A stretch of DNA of 64,000 nucleotides from Amphiscolops sp. MND2022 (lineage: Eukaryota): NCBI GenBank assembly GCA_964187785.1, contig OZ076413.1:48858001-48922000 (forward strand), written 5' to 3'. Both the position numbers and the translations under genes were made by a program. The notes beneath the pieces were generated by a model, which had not been told where the DNA came from, did not search any database, and saw only the letters and a list, made by a program, of their open reading frames with translations. How positions within the stretch are numbered: position 1 is the stretch's first letter; every line of letters begins with the position of its first letter. Below are positions 25,901 to 38,901 of the stretch, in pieces.

Positions 25901-28900
25901 AGTGACGAGTTTAAAAAATGTTGCAGGTGACCAAAGAAGCTCAGACACCAAACGATCCTCTGGTGCCCGTAGTGGAGCCAGCAATCCATCTGCGGGCGCG
26001 TCCAAATTTGAAGCTGGCGGAATTAATTTGGATTTCGCTTCCGTTTTGGCAGATGTTAACAGTTTGATGAATAACGAGCCGATGAGCAACGAGGATTTCG
26101 ACAATGATGACGACAGCGAGTATGATGTTAGTAACACCACTCAAAATATGCGCCAAAGAATGCAGTCTTTATAGCATGCGGAAAATATTCCTTCAAGGTT
26201 TCACAAACAGCCTGTGGGTTTTGAGATAGTGACAGTTACGATCGATTGTTGCCTGCCTCGCATCTGCTGGCATGTTTCGCCATGAATTTTGCATCTTTCA
26301 TCGATGCTTCTGCTATGTTAAAGGATGATGCGTAGAGTGTATATGCATAGACAAAAGGCAATCGCCAACGTATTACACAATAAGTATTGATTGGTTTTGG
26401 TTTCTATGACGTCATTCTCACTTTTCTGCCAGGTGCTTCTCCTCCCTCCCATTGCCTGACATACCAGATTGTCATATTTCTTACACTCGCCATTTTAAAT
26501 TAATGACTATGTTGCGAAACACACCGGCGGGATTGTTTGTGCCTCGTAGCCAAATAGGGAATTTTCTAGCTTTTTTTCTGAAATATTTATTGCATTAATT
26601 CAATCCATAAAACCTGGCTTCAGGGGAATAAGTGGGAGGGTTTTGCATTAGAATATTGACTGCAAAAATGAAGGTAGCCCAATAAACCCGATGAGATATG
26701 GGGAAAGACGGGCAGTGGTAGTAAATGGTGTAAATTGCAGTGTGTAGAAAATTACAGACAAATTTGAAAGACAATTTCCAGGGTATCTCTCGCTTTCATA
26801 TTCTGCGGGTGCCGTGAACTTCACATCAACTTTTGGTTCCAATTCGTCTGGCTTTGCTTACATGTTCACTCGCTTCGTGTTCACTCGTTATGGCTGTATA
26901 AACCAATCATCTTCCTTTCCAACGACAGTTTTTTCAGACAACTCCCCCCATCATTTCACCCGAAACTAACCCATGCCCTCCAACTTTCATATTACGTCAC
27001 AACGTCTGCTGCATTTCATTGCTTTTGTTGCGATAAAAGTTTTTCATCAGTACTGAAGTCACCCGAATTTACAACATATCAAAACGAAATTTGGCTCTGC
27101 AATTTTCAGCGCCTACTTTGAAATCTTCTTTGAAGTTCTGTATCTCAACTGCCGCTGTTTCATTGCTACCCAAAAACTCATTTCAACCCCAACTTTGAAT
27201 TGCATTGATCACATATCATAAAAGTGGTCTGTCTATGCAAATATGGTTGTTTGATGTATCAAGAATTAGGGTATAGAACCGAAATAAAACGAGATAATTA
27301 TTCAAGTGTCGCCGCTTGTTGATTTCACGTTCATCATTTCATCTATTTCTACGAGGATACGCCTCAGCTGCAACCTTTCGAAAGTGTTGTCATTTCATCT
27401 ATTTTGCTACTAATCTTCCTGTAATTCGAACCCATGTAAAAAATGCTGGTCATAAAAACTAATATATATTGCAGAGCAATTGTGCTGAATAAATTGAAAT
27501 CGTATTTGCTCATGAAAAACAGTGAAAAGGCCTGTAAACCAGTGCACAAAAAAGGACCTCTAATTGGGTGACTTTGGAGAGCCATAACTCCGACCCCAAT
27601 GAAAGAAAAACCCCAAATAAGGAGGACCCTTCCTCATTTGAGCCAAACTACCGGGACAGAAGATAAAATTGGAATTTGGAGAGATTTTTTCCAATTTACT
27701 TTTTTTGGGGAGTTTTTAGACTTTTGCGCATTATATCACTTTTGAGCTAGTTATTTCCTCCCATTTCCTGTTTAACACACATTAGCCCTTATAATTGTTT
27801 GTGACGTGTTGTGGGAATATATTTGAGTATTTGTAGTCAATATTAGCCTACTTAGATAGGCAGAAAGTGCCCAGCATAGTCCATTTCCTGAGTACAAAAG
27901 TGTGGTTACTTGTAGTAAACCAACGGATATTAGTCATAAGTTCATATTTATACATAAATATTGGTTTGTATATTGTTTACTCTATCAGTCGATGTATCTG
28001 AGATGTTGTATGACCATAGTAGAACGGAAAATTGACTTCTTTAAAGCAAGTTGAGAGTGGTTTGGAAGTTAAAACTTCTTCAGTTTTCAACACGGCTTAG
28101 TAAAGTTTTCGGGGACTTTGCTTAAATTGTTGATTAAAATTCAAACCAGGGACGGGCCGACGGTTCGAACGCCTTAGCCATTGGAATCAGCCTTTACATT
28201 TTGCTGCTGCGACCCGGGAAGGTTGCGTTATTATTCACTATCTTTGCCTTTCTCTGTTCCCTAATCCTCAGCTTTGTTAGATTTGCAGTTACCCAACTGG
28301 TTTGCTCTCATCTTAAAGTAGAGTAAAAAATCTTTTAACTGGACATTGCATTCAAATCACAAGGAACGTGAGTCGCTGTCTGTCGGGTTGACCAAATTAC
28401 AACACAGCAGACGATTTAGCAGAAATTTTTGCACAAAGATGGCAACGTTTGACCCAACCGACCACAAAGTAATGACTGTGAAGAAGGGCGGAACAACTCA
28501 AGTGTTGTTGTTTTCTGACGCCTTAAAGAATTTGTCCTACTCCGTAGAATGGAGAAAACACGAAGTGCGCTTTGGTAAAACAATCAAAGCACTAGCACTG
28601 GCTGCCTCGAAGTTTGAGGAACTGAAAGGTAAAGGAAAAGATTACAAGCCCACCATATACGAATTTGGTAGTCTTTATCTAGACTATAGTTAATCAATTG
28701 AAGAAACGAAACACGAATGCGAAAGTTGCATTCACTTACTCATAGACAAGTATCAGTCAGAACGTCGCAAGGTAATGCAACATCAGACTAGTAGTCTGGA
28801 AGAACTTTACCTAGATAGTGGAGCTATGTTCTATCCCCTACATGGCTTCTCTGTAATTCAACGACAAATAAAGGATAAAAAGTCACCTTCTACGCTATTG

Positions 28901-31900
28901 TAAACTGTCAGACCAATTTTTCAATGCTCGTGATAAAATCAATGAAGAAATTAAGATGACAGATTCATTGATAGCGCAGGGTGCCAGATCCAGTAGAATC
29001 AAATCGTCTCTACTTAGAGTTCGAGAGATAAAAGATGCAATGGACAAAGCGCTGAATGAGCAACGTAGCCTCAAAAAGCAAGACTTTGGCAATCAAAATT
29101 TCTTTTCATCGAAGGAAGCATTCTAGCTGAACTTGAGACGGAGCTCCAAAAGGCAACGATTGAATGGATTAGTTATGTCGATCCAGAGAGTAGGGAAATG
29201 AATTCCCAGTCAGAAATGCCTGCTGCTGACACTGAAGCGGTATTCGAAGAAGGTTCGGCAACTCTGAATCTTTCGGCGAATGCTGAAACTGATCATGATG
29301 GACGCAAGAGAAGTGCCGTAGAGAAAGTGGACCAGAGCTTGAAGTTATTGAGGAGTCTCAATGATACCATCTCACGAGACGAATCCAGTAAATTTGAGAG
29401 ACTCTACGAATAACGACGCTCCAACAGTGGTGAGTCGAGAGCTAAAGCAATCCACCAGTAAGTTTTCATCTACAATGAAGAGTGCAGCGAGCGAGACTTC
29501 GAAGTATCAACAATCCAATGTTTGTTCGCAATCTTCACGACTTAGTGAACGACGTCGACTTCAGAGTCGAGCGAAACCATTGGAGCAAGAGTCTCGAATG
29601 GCAATTGAGAAAAAGGAAAGAGACCTTGAACTAAGACGCAAGCAGCGACAATTGGAATTGGAAGCATTGCAAGCAGAAACGGAGTTTGCTGACTTAAGGG
29701 ATCAGACATCCTTAAAGATGCAAGAAATGAAACTTCAAATCGAAGAAGTAGAAGGCTGTTGTCATGGGTCAAATATCAGCCCTAGCCTGATGTATTTATC
29801 AATCGATGACGATAAACAGCAGCGTCAAAAACTGGTTATATCAAAACATTTTTGTTATGGATCTTCTGAAGCAAAAATCGCAGAATGTAGAGAATGCCGA
29901 AAAAGGGAAAACTGCGATCTCCAGCAATGCAGCAGTTTCACGAAGTAGAGGGCAACCTTCGATAGTATTTGAGAAGAGGGATCAATCACCCGCACATCAG
30001 GGTGGACAATTAGGTGACCGCGGTGATAAAAGTCAGAGTCGTTCAAAGTCAAGAACGATCTCACCGAAACGACGCCTCAATGTGAACAACCAAGTACCCA
30101 AAAGACCGTCCCGTGTCGACACTTCACCTTTACAGCAAGCTGTCTTTCCTCAATTGATAGTACAATCATCAAGCTTGCCGAAATTGAAGATGGTTGAATT
30201 CGCAGGTGACCCTCTGGAGTGGCCCGAATGGTCCAGTCTGTTTAATGCAGTCATTCACAATGCACTAATCGACGACATTGCGAAGATGAGCCATTTGAAG
30301 ACGTTGGTCAACAGCAAAGCTAAGGCTGCGATTGCAGGTCTAGGCTACTCAGGAGCATTATATCACACTGCCTGGGACACGTTAGTCCGCAATTTTGGTC
30401 GACCCCAGACAGAAGTTAATGCTCAAATAAAATTGATCCATACGTACCCTTTCATAAAATCGCATGACTCAGCTGCAATTATAAAGTACGCCCAACTTAT
30501 CTCAACCTGTGTCAGTGTTCTTCACCAGCATGGTTTCTCCGGAGACCTTAGCTCTGAAGCAGTGCTCAACACTTCTTTACGCAAATTACTACCAGAACTG
30601 AAGAGGAAATGGTTTTTTTGCAAAGTGAGGGATACGAATCAGCGAACTTCGGCAAATTTAGTGATTGGTTAAATGAAGTAGGTTTCGTTCGAGCTGCTTG
30701 TACAATTTCGCAAGAGTTCCGATGAAAAACAGTCATTCTCTGCAGATAAAACACGCACAACTAGTTCTTCAATGTCTTCCACGCCTAATGCGGCGCAGCA
30801 ATCATCCTTAAATGCTAACTCAAAACCCACTAACAAATGTGTTGTGGAAATGCGCATGGAGTATGAGCGTGTGATGCGTTCAAGAAGCCTAACACAATTG
30901 ACCGTTACAAAAAAGTGAAAGATTCCAAATTGTGTTTCTTGTGCCTGCGTAGTGGACATCCCGTGAAAGAGTGCAAAATGAGAGATTGTGGGATCGATGG
31001 TTGTCAAAAACGACACAGCCGATTGCTTCACAGGTCAGAATCATCTTTAAAGCCAATTACCAAAGCAACTCAAACAGTAGAGATACATGTAAGTGTCGGT
31101 TTGAATAATTTTGGTATTCTACCCGTCAATGAAGTTGAACTGTCGAACAATGGTTACCGATTGGAAGTGCTAGCTTTAAACGACAGTGGATCTACTCTTT
31201 CATGGATCGACAAATCCTTATCGGATCAGCTGGATTTGCATAGTATGACTCAAACTCACACAGTCAGTAGCATTAATGGCATCAAAAACATGACTGAGCT
31301 GGTACAATTTACTATCAATACCGAAGAATGCGGAAGTCAGAAACTGCAAATGGCAATTCACAAATATTTGGTTATTGGCGACAGTTACGACGTTCAACGA
31401 ATGAAAAGACAGTATCCACAATGGGCAAATGTTCCTTCGAAAAATATCTGCCTGAAAGAGGTCAAAGTGTTCCTTGGAATAGACTGTTTTTCCATAACGA
31501 GGCCATTAGAATGTCAACGCCGAAAGTCAGGTGAACCATGGGCAGTCCGAAGTGCACTTGGTTTGACTGTGAGTGGTTCTCTGCCAAAACGGGTCGTGTC
31601 AATCTTGAGTTCATGTCAAAGTTCGATTCTGACTCAAAATCATACAGTCAGTGGCATTAATGGCATCAAAAACATGACTGAGCTGGTACAAGTTACTATC
31701 AATACTGAAGAATGCGGAAGTCAGAAACTGCAAATGGCAATTCACAAAAATTTGGTTATTGGCGACAGTTACGACGTTCAACGAATGAAAAGACAGTATC
31801 CACAATGGGCAAATGTTCCTTCGAAAAATATCTGCCTGAAAGAGGTCAAAGTGTTCCTTGGAACAGACTGTTTTTCCATAACGAGGCCATTAGAATATCA

Positions 31901-34900
31901 ACGCCGAAAGTCAGGTGAACCATGGGCAGTCCGAAGTGCACTTGGTTGGACTGTGAGTGGTTCTCTGCCAAAACGGGTCGTGTCAATCTTGAGTTCATGT
32001 CAAAGTTCGATTCTTCAAGCAAGCGAAAAAGACATGAATGAGCAGATCAAGACTTGGTGGGACAATGAATGTTATGGTTCACGAGTTAAAGTTGATAGAC
32101 GTTCCAGATCAGATTTCAAGGCAATGGAAACTTCAGAGAAAACGACAGTTTGCGAAGACAACAGATATACGGTAGGAATGCTGTGGAGTTGTCCCCGCTC
32201 TACATTGCCGAATAACTATCGAAGCGCTGTTGAGCAATTTTTGTCACCTGAGACTCGATTATTCAAAAATGCCGATTTGAAGACAGCTTATTCTGATACG
32301 ATGAAAACAGATGAAAAATTTGGTTACATTCGCAAACTGGACCGAATTGAGATTTGTGGGACCAGAGATGACCCTCAGTGGTGTGTACCTCATCCCCCAG
32401 TGATTAATCCTAACAAACCTGGGAAAGTGAGACGAGTCTGCAAAGCCGCTAGCGAATTCGAAGGGTTTTTATTGAACAAAAATTTACTTGTTGGCCCGGA
32501 TTTGTTGCAAAATCTTCATCGGTGTTATCTACCGGTTCCGCGAAAAGCCCTTCGGGATGAGTGCAGATATCGAAGCAATGTTCCTGCAGGTGAAAGTACC
32601 TGTAGCTGACGCCAAATGTCTACGTATTATTTGGCGAAACAATCAATCTGATGACTTGTCAACCTATGAGTACACCCGCCACATTTTCGGTGCCAATTAT
32701 TCCCCTACTTGTGCGAATTATGCTTTACAACGTACAGCTACGGATAACGAGGACAAATTTCCCTTTGTTTCGAAAATAGTCAAACGCAATTTTTACATGG
32801 ATGACTTCGTCTGAGCTGTAGTATTCAGCTGAGAGTATTCAAGAAGTAGAAATTTCGAAGCAAAAGCTGATTACGCCCTTGAAAAGAGGTGGTTTCAAAT
32901 TGTCCAAACGGCAATCGAATGTAAAAAACTTTGCCGGGAGGATAGTGATGTGGAGAGTGTTACGGCTTTGGGTTTGGAGTGGAATCTTATGGCAGACGAC
33001 CTAAAATTGTGCTTTGTTTTTGCTTGTAAGAAAAATTCAGTAATCACTCATCGAGTGGTTCTTTCCTTTGCATCTTCCGTTTTTGACCCATTGGTATTTG
33101 CTTCGTCATTCACTATCAGAATTCGACTAATTCTTCGTTTAATTTGGCAAAAGGCTCTGAAGTCCTGGGAAGAACAAATTCCAAAAGACAACGAAACGAT
33201 ATCTCGAATGGCTGCAAGAAGTTCATGCTTTGAAAGCTGTCAATCAATCGATACTATGTTTGGGAGAAGGGCAGCGATGTTCGAATACACGTGTTTGCAG
33301 ATGCTTCTGAAATGGGACTTTGCGTCGTTGCCTACTTGAGGTTTGAAAGATGATATCAATGTTTCTTCTGTAATGGGAAAGACACGAGTAGCACCCATCA
33401 AAACTACTACTATTCACGAAATGGAACTCCAAACAGCCCTTCATGCGTCTCTAATAAAAGTGTCAAATCTTGAAGAACACGATATCACCATCGATAGAGT
33501 TTATATGTGATGAAGTGATTGGACAACGCTAGTACAATGGCTGAATGCTTTCGACAAAAAACAGCAGATATTCGTTGCAAATCGCATAGGAAAAATTTTA
33601 GAAAACACAAAGCTGGGTGAGTAGAATCACATCGCCGGTGCACAAAATCCAGCAGATCTCGGCACGCGAGGGATGAGAGCCAATGAAATTGCGAAAAGTG
33701 TGTAACTAAACGGGCCGGCGTGGCTAAGAGAAAATGAAGCTCAATGTCCAAAAGCTACCACCCAGCGCACTATTGTTGCGGACACTTCAGAAGCAACTCA
33801 AGTGGTTACTCTAATGCCAAACAAGCAACTTGGGATACATTGAGAGCGATTTAGCTCTTGGACAAAATGAGTCTGGACTAAACAAAACTATTTGCTACAT
33901 ACTTCGCTGGAAAAGCCTCAATCAACACAAAGGACCGATTTCTTTGGACGAGTACCAGAAAGCAGAACGAATGATATTCAAATTGGTTCGAAAGGAGGCG
34001 TTTCCGACAGAATATGTAGCTTTGACTGAAAGGAAAGAATTATCTTCGAAATCAAGCATTTCTCAACTTGGCCACTTCTTCGATGACAATGGCATTATGC
34101 GAGCTCGTTGGCGATTATCCAAAGCGAATTGAGAGTTCGATACAAAACATTCAATATTTCTGTCATCAAAACACCCTACAATGCAGCTGATGATGCTGAA
34201 ATGTCACTTAGACAACTACCATCAAGGTGTTGAAGGTATGCGACACGAGTTACAGCAAAAGCTCTGGATATTGAGCCTCAGAAAAGCATTACGAAGCATC
34301 AAAAGTTGCTGCGTTCTGTGCAGGAAATACAGTGCGAATGTCCAGGCTCCACCTATGGTCCATTTACCTCGCGAAAGCGTGGAAAAAGAATTCTCATTCA
34401 CTTATGTTGAAGTTGACTATTTTGGACCTTTTGAGGTAAAATACAGTTTTCACCTGCTTATCCACGAGAGCTAGCTTATCCACGAGAGCCACTGCTTATC
34501 CACGAGATTCACCTCAAAATGGTTTATTCTTCAGATGCAGATTCTTGCCTGAGCGCATTAACGCGATTTATAGCCAGACGGGGTTTTCCATTGACAATTT
34601 GGTGTGATAATGGGACAAATTTAGTTGGTGCGAACAACGTGTTGAAGCAGTTTACCGCAATGTGGCAATTTAGTGACTTCTAGGAAAAACTGCGTCAAAA
34701 GATGATCGTTTGGACGTTCAACCCTGCCGCAGCCCCACCTTTTGGTGGATATTGGGAGCGGATGGTGAAGACCTGCAAACAAGCCATCTACCATGTTCTG
34801 AATGGACGACGACTTACAGATGAGCTTCTCGCTACAATTCTTTGTCTTACGGGGCAACTGTTAAGTGCACGCCCTCTCACTCCTAATTCGATTGATCCGA

Positions 34901-37900
34901 CAGACTTGAAAGCACTCACGCCAAATCATTTCTTTTTGGGTCGGCCGAGTATCGCGATTCCTTGTTTGCCAGAAGCGCAGAAGTACCAAAATCTCAGGAA
35001 AAGATTCCGTGTGGCTCAGGCTCACATGGACAACATCTGGTCAAGATGGTTGAAAGAATACCTTCCGGTGTATAATATACGCCAGAATTGGTACAAAGAA
35101 TGTCCCCAATTGAAAGAACATGATCTGGTGTGGATTGTGGACGATCGACGAAAACGAGGTTTTTACCGCCTTGGAAGTGTAAAAAAGTGCCATTTCGGGA
35201 ACGATGGTAATATTCGATCTTGTGACATCCTTACTCAGTCGGGAGTTGTTTCTCGGCCTGCAGTCGAGTTTTCCCGTGTATTTGAAGACATTGGGTGGGT
35301 TCCTCCTCAAGAGAAACACAGGGCCGGTGATGAAAATGCCTGTAAACCAGTGCACAAAAAAGGACCTCAAATTGGGTGACTTTGGAGAGCCATAACTCCG
35401 ACCCCAATGAAAGAATTAACCCCAAATAAGGAGGACCCTTCCTCATATGAGCCAAACTACCGGGACAGAAAATAAAATTGGAATTCGGAGAGATTTTTTT
35501 CAAAATTTCCTTTTCTGGGGAGTTTTTCAAGACTTTTGCGCATTTTATCACTTTTGAGCTAGTTATTTCCTCTCATTTCCTGTTTAAGCCACATTAGCCC
35601 TCATAGTTGTTTGTGAACGTGTTGTGGGAATATATTTGAGTGTTTTGTAGTCAATATTAGCCTACTTAGATATGTAGAAAGTGCCCAGCATAGCCCATTT
35701 ACTGAGTACGAAAGTGTGGTTACTTGTAGTAAACCAACGGATATTCACTCATAAGTTCATATTTATACATAAGTTTTGGTTGGTTTGTATATTGTTTACT
35801 CTATTAGTCGATGTATATGAGATGTTGTATGACCATATTAGAACGGTAATTGACTTCTTTAAAGCAAGTTGAGAGTGGTTTGGAAGTTAAAAATTCTTCA
35901 GTTTTCAACACGGCTTAGTAAAGTTTTCGGGGACTTTGCTAAAATTCTTGAGTAAAATTCATACCAGGGACAGGCCGACGGTTCGAACGCAACGCCTCAG
36001 CTATTAGAATCAGCCTTTACAAACAGATAAATGTGTTTTTATTGCTTCTACTAGAATTCTACTCTAGTCTAATGAGAAATTCGCAAAATTCTACAGTCAA
36101 GATATGTAGTTTTGGCCAAGTCTCGCTTAAACGGAGGAGACCCTTTTATGTTTGAAATCAGATTTTCTACCTGATTCAAACGTGACAACTGTGTTTTATC
36201 GCCGTTACTCGACGTCGTCTCGATATTTCTGGTACTTTTATCCTGTAGAATAATTTTGTTTTGACTTATTCATTTGACAGTTTCGAGTTTGAAGTCTAAT
36301 CAAACCCTTTTCAGTTGCCAATTATGAAAGTTCTCAGCTTCTCTGATTTCAAATTAGATCACAGACTGTGGTACTTAGTGTCACTATCCCCAATAGCCCC
36401 CTATATTCTTAGGTGCTACAGTTTTATGGCGCTAAATTCGCAATGTTCATACCAGCAATATTCCGATCTGTGAGTTGTATTTCACTTTGATTGCAGGGCA
36501 AAGCTGCAAGTTTTGATCAATTTGGGAGCGTTCTAAGCCAGATTGACATTTGCCAGGGGCTTTAATGTGAAATTGAAGCTTTGTTCTTTACCCTTTGATA
36601 TTACCATCTCCAACTTCTGATCAATTCTGCTGTAGACCTTGAGGGTGCTTGATCTAAAAGCAGAGGGCGCTTTGTCCGTATGTTGCTATCAACGAGAAAA
36701 GTATTAAAATTTGAAACATAGTCTTGAGGGGATCTCGCACAGAGGATGTCAAGATGCTATTTGAAAGGTGGCTTTTTGGTTAGGCAGAAGCTTCTCCACT
36801 TCCCTAATTGCGACCACGGCTAGTCTAGTCTCTCACCTTTCATGTGTATGTGTGCCTCAGGGTACAAGTTGATGGCCGGACAGAGTCCACGCAAGGGAGA
36901 ATAAAGGTTGTATGTATCTCAACATAGTTGAGCACTCGAACTCGTAGAATAGCACTCCTAGAATAGAAACATCATCTAATGTTGGTCGAAGGCCGGGGTG
37001 CAATGCACCGCCGAAATCGTGCCCAATACCTTTGAATATATATTGCGCAATTGCAAGAACAATTGCCTCAATTTCTGCCCTGAGACTTTAATCACACTCA
37101 CATTGTGTTTGCACCGTGACAAAGATTCTTTCTTTTCTCGCCCATATTCACCCCAATAGTGCTGTAACTTGTGTACATACATGTGTGTATCCATTCTTTT
37201 GTGTGGGTTTTACATATTGATGCCGCCATTACTAGTATTGTAACTGCAGCACATATCTGATTTATATCCAGTTTGTAATTTTTAAAGCAGTTAGCATCAT
37301 AGTCAGAAGTCACTTGATAGCTCACTCTGGGATAGAATGAATAAAAGCAAGCCGGTGGGGTACTAGTCTCCTACTTGCTTCATTTTTGTGTTGCTGCTGT
37401 AGGCAAGAACTAGCCAGTTAAGTTAGAGAGAGAGACAGAGAGAGACTTTGCAGACTTGTATTTACAACAATATTACACATCACCCACAACCAACACAAGT
37501 TGCACCAAATCTAACAAGTAGTCACCCCTGGCCCCTAAACTGGGTACTTCACCCTCCCCTGGTCACCCAACAGTCGTCGCCGAGTTGCCAGTTTTACTAC
37601 CATCCCATCTTCCTTCGATTAGTAGTTTGGTATTTCATTCCAACTTCCATTATTGCCATAGCGCCATTTTAATCCAATTCCCGTCTGCGTATATTCATTT
37701 TGCTTCTATTTTTGTAGTGATTGCTCTCTAAACGCCGCCACTGCTAATTTTTTGTCTCTTGTTTTCCAATCCAATCGCCAGTTATAACACAGCGGGTGGG
37801 TCTCTACCTCTTTACATCTTTTCATGCCATGCCCTCGAGGAGTTGAATTTGAGTTTGGCGTTTATTAGAACCCTGCTAATAGCCTTGTTGTCACTACGTA

Positions 37901-38901
37901 TGTGCATACTTGAATGATAATAAAAACTCTTAAAAGAAATTGCTGTTGCCATTTGTATTCGCGATAAGCCTTTTCTAGCAACAATTTCTTCCTCTTTCCA
38001 TCCGTGTTTCATCTTCCCACGCCCCTTGTATCTGCGGGGACCGCTATGACAGTTCAGTCCAAATCCGCAACCAAATCCCGTTTCATATTTATTTCGTTAA
38101 GCCTGCTTCCGATTAACCTTGGAAGTAATCGCCTTTCTCTGTAGCTTCACGATTCTTCTGGAGAAAATCAGTTCTTTAATCAACGCAATCTTTGCAACTT
38201 TGTTATACATACTGAAGGGATGATGTAGTACGTGCATAGTTGAGAAATACTTTGCTTCAACTTTTCCGCTGGGTGAATGATACCACCGCATGTACATTTC
38301 ACTTGTTAATCGGCTAATTTCTCATTTTCAAGCTCTTTCAAAAGTCTTCATTATTTTTTGCCGAATTCGACTGCTCTAGCTTTTCTCTACCTCGGTGTTA
38401 TTATCCACTCTTGTGTAAACTCTTCGCTCCAAAATTGCTGTGTATATATGCTTCTGCTTTCTCTAGTTATCACATGTTACCGGCTCCTTGCCTGGCTGTT
38501 GTGTATAATTGCAATAATTCCATCGTATGATTGTGAAATATATGCAAATGTCCTCCTCATCTACGTTCTGTAACGGAGCCCTATCTCCCAGGCGATTACT
38601 TCCCGCAGTGCCCTTCTCTAAGAAAAACGCCCCTGCCCCCGCCCAAGAAACCCATGACACCTCATACGTACTTTCACCCATTCCTCCCCGCATGTTTAAG
38701 GATGAGTTGAAAGCGCTGATGGGCGGAGACGACTCTGCGGGACAGAGTGACAACGAAGATTATTACGCAACTTTGAATTCCAACAGAGGGGGCACTCAGT
38801 CAGCTGATACCAGCCCACTCAAACAGCCCTCGCACCCTCACACTTCCCCCGCACCTGCCAATCAACGCAACACAGCTCTACAGGAAATGTTGAAAAACAA
38901 G
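13942..38901 (+). CDS. 5' part of a probable CC2D1/Lgd-like gene; exons 13942-14010, 15052-15205, 25927-26126, 38701-38901; gene probably continues downstream
   Basis: GT-AG junctions with matching phases (0, 1, 0) give MAFRSKPKSAKSPPMDISAILND|VNSVMTGD...DPELERELLALEMGGESAG...|GDQ...DDDSEYD|DELKALMGGD...ALQEMLKNK. This resembles the CC2D1A/B N-terminus (ELEAEFLAL.GG, acidic tract, LLAELNEVLG) that precedes the first DM14 repeat. No DM14 or C2 domain was seen, and the last donor (GTTTTT) is weak. Confidence 0.55.
15301..15779 (+). mobile_element. Family A Helentron-like element
   Basis: tagtcggcgc start; gcgccgacttgaaacgttcccgtcttg end. Confidence 0.7.
15810..16270. mobile_element. piggyBac-like MITE copy (right end uncertain)
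   Basis: TTAA-CCCTAA start; internal sequence is the reverse complement of 49892-50385. Confidence 0.5.
17289..17603 (+). mobile_element. Non-autonomous Helentron-like element (family E) with duplicated 5' block
   Basis: tattttcc...ggaaaata subTIR; cccggtgcttagcggg hairpin and gtcttgtt end. Homolog at 56670-56945; remnant A box tggctcagttgg. Confidence 0.6.
17994..19202 (+). mobile_element. Family D element split by a nested MITE
   Basis: Flanks 17994-18390 and 19123-19202 join to give a sequence collinear with 45201-45723. Confidence 0.65.
18391..19122. mobile_element. Long-TIR Tc1/mariner-type MITE with TA target-site duplication
   Basis: TA-cagtagcttctaaaatatcgcaac ... gttgcgatattttagaacgctactg-TA; imperfect inverted homology extends about 150 bp. 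Confidence 0.75.
19640..24714 (-). mobile_element. Full-length degenerate Ty1/Copia LTR retrotransposon (LTRs 24488-24714 and 19640-19862)
   Basis: Direct repeats of about 225 bp. PBS-like ggttatgg next to the 5' LTR and polypurine tract aaaaggtgg next to the 3' LTR. Gag with two CCHC knuckles, protease LIDSGCTSHM, LWHERLGH pre-integrase, integrase, RT (KARYVARGF, LKKSLYGLKQ), RNase H (ADILTK) in PR-IN-RT-RH order. Multiple frameshifts; no clean TSD. Confidence 0.92.
25248..25773 (-). mobile_element. Family A-type Helentron-like element, reverse orientation
   Basis: Reverse complement of the family A 5' end at 25700-25773; 3' part homologous to 16860-17088. Confidence 0.6.
27523..36021 (+). 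mobile_element. Full-length degenerate BEL/Pao LTR retrotransposon (LTRs 27523-28198 and 35331-36021)
   Basis: TG...CA LTRs, 5-bp TSD AACAG (27518-27522 and 36022-36026), PBS-like tgctgctgcgacccggga. Gag F.GDPLEW and CFLC..GH....C knuckle, protease DSGST, RT FYMDD, RNase H, integrase (GGYWERMV, LTPNHF) in PR-RT-RH-IN order. Many stops and frameshifts. Confidence 0.95.
31246..32013 (+). repeat. 384-bp tandem duplication inside BEL pol
   Basis: 31246-31629 and 31630-32013 are near-identical; a 128-aa repeat is visible in ORF 30915-32609. Confidence 0.9.
37425..37446. repeat. (GA)n microsatellite
   Basis: agagagagagacagagagagac. Confidence 0.6.

Noticed and set aside
35331..35379. Integrase ORF running into the 3' LTR
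   Set aside because: Short overlap, not unusual for BEL/Pao elements.
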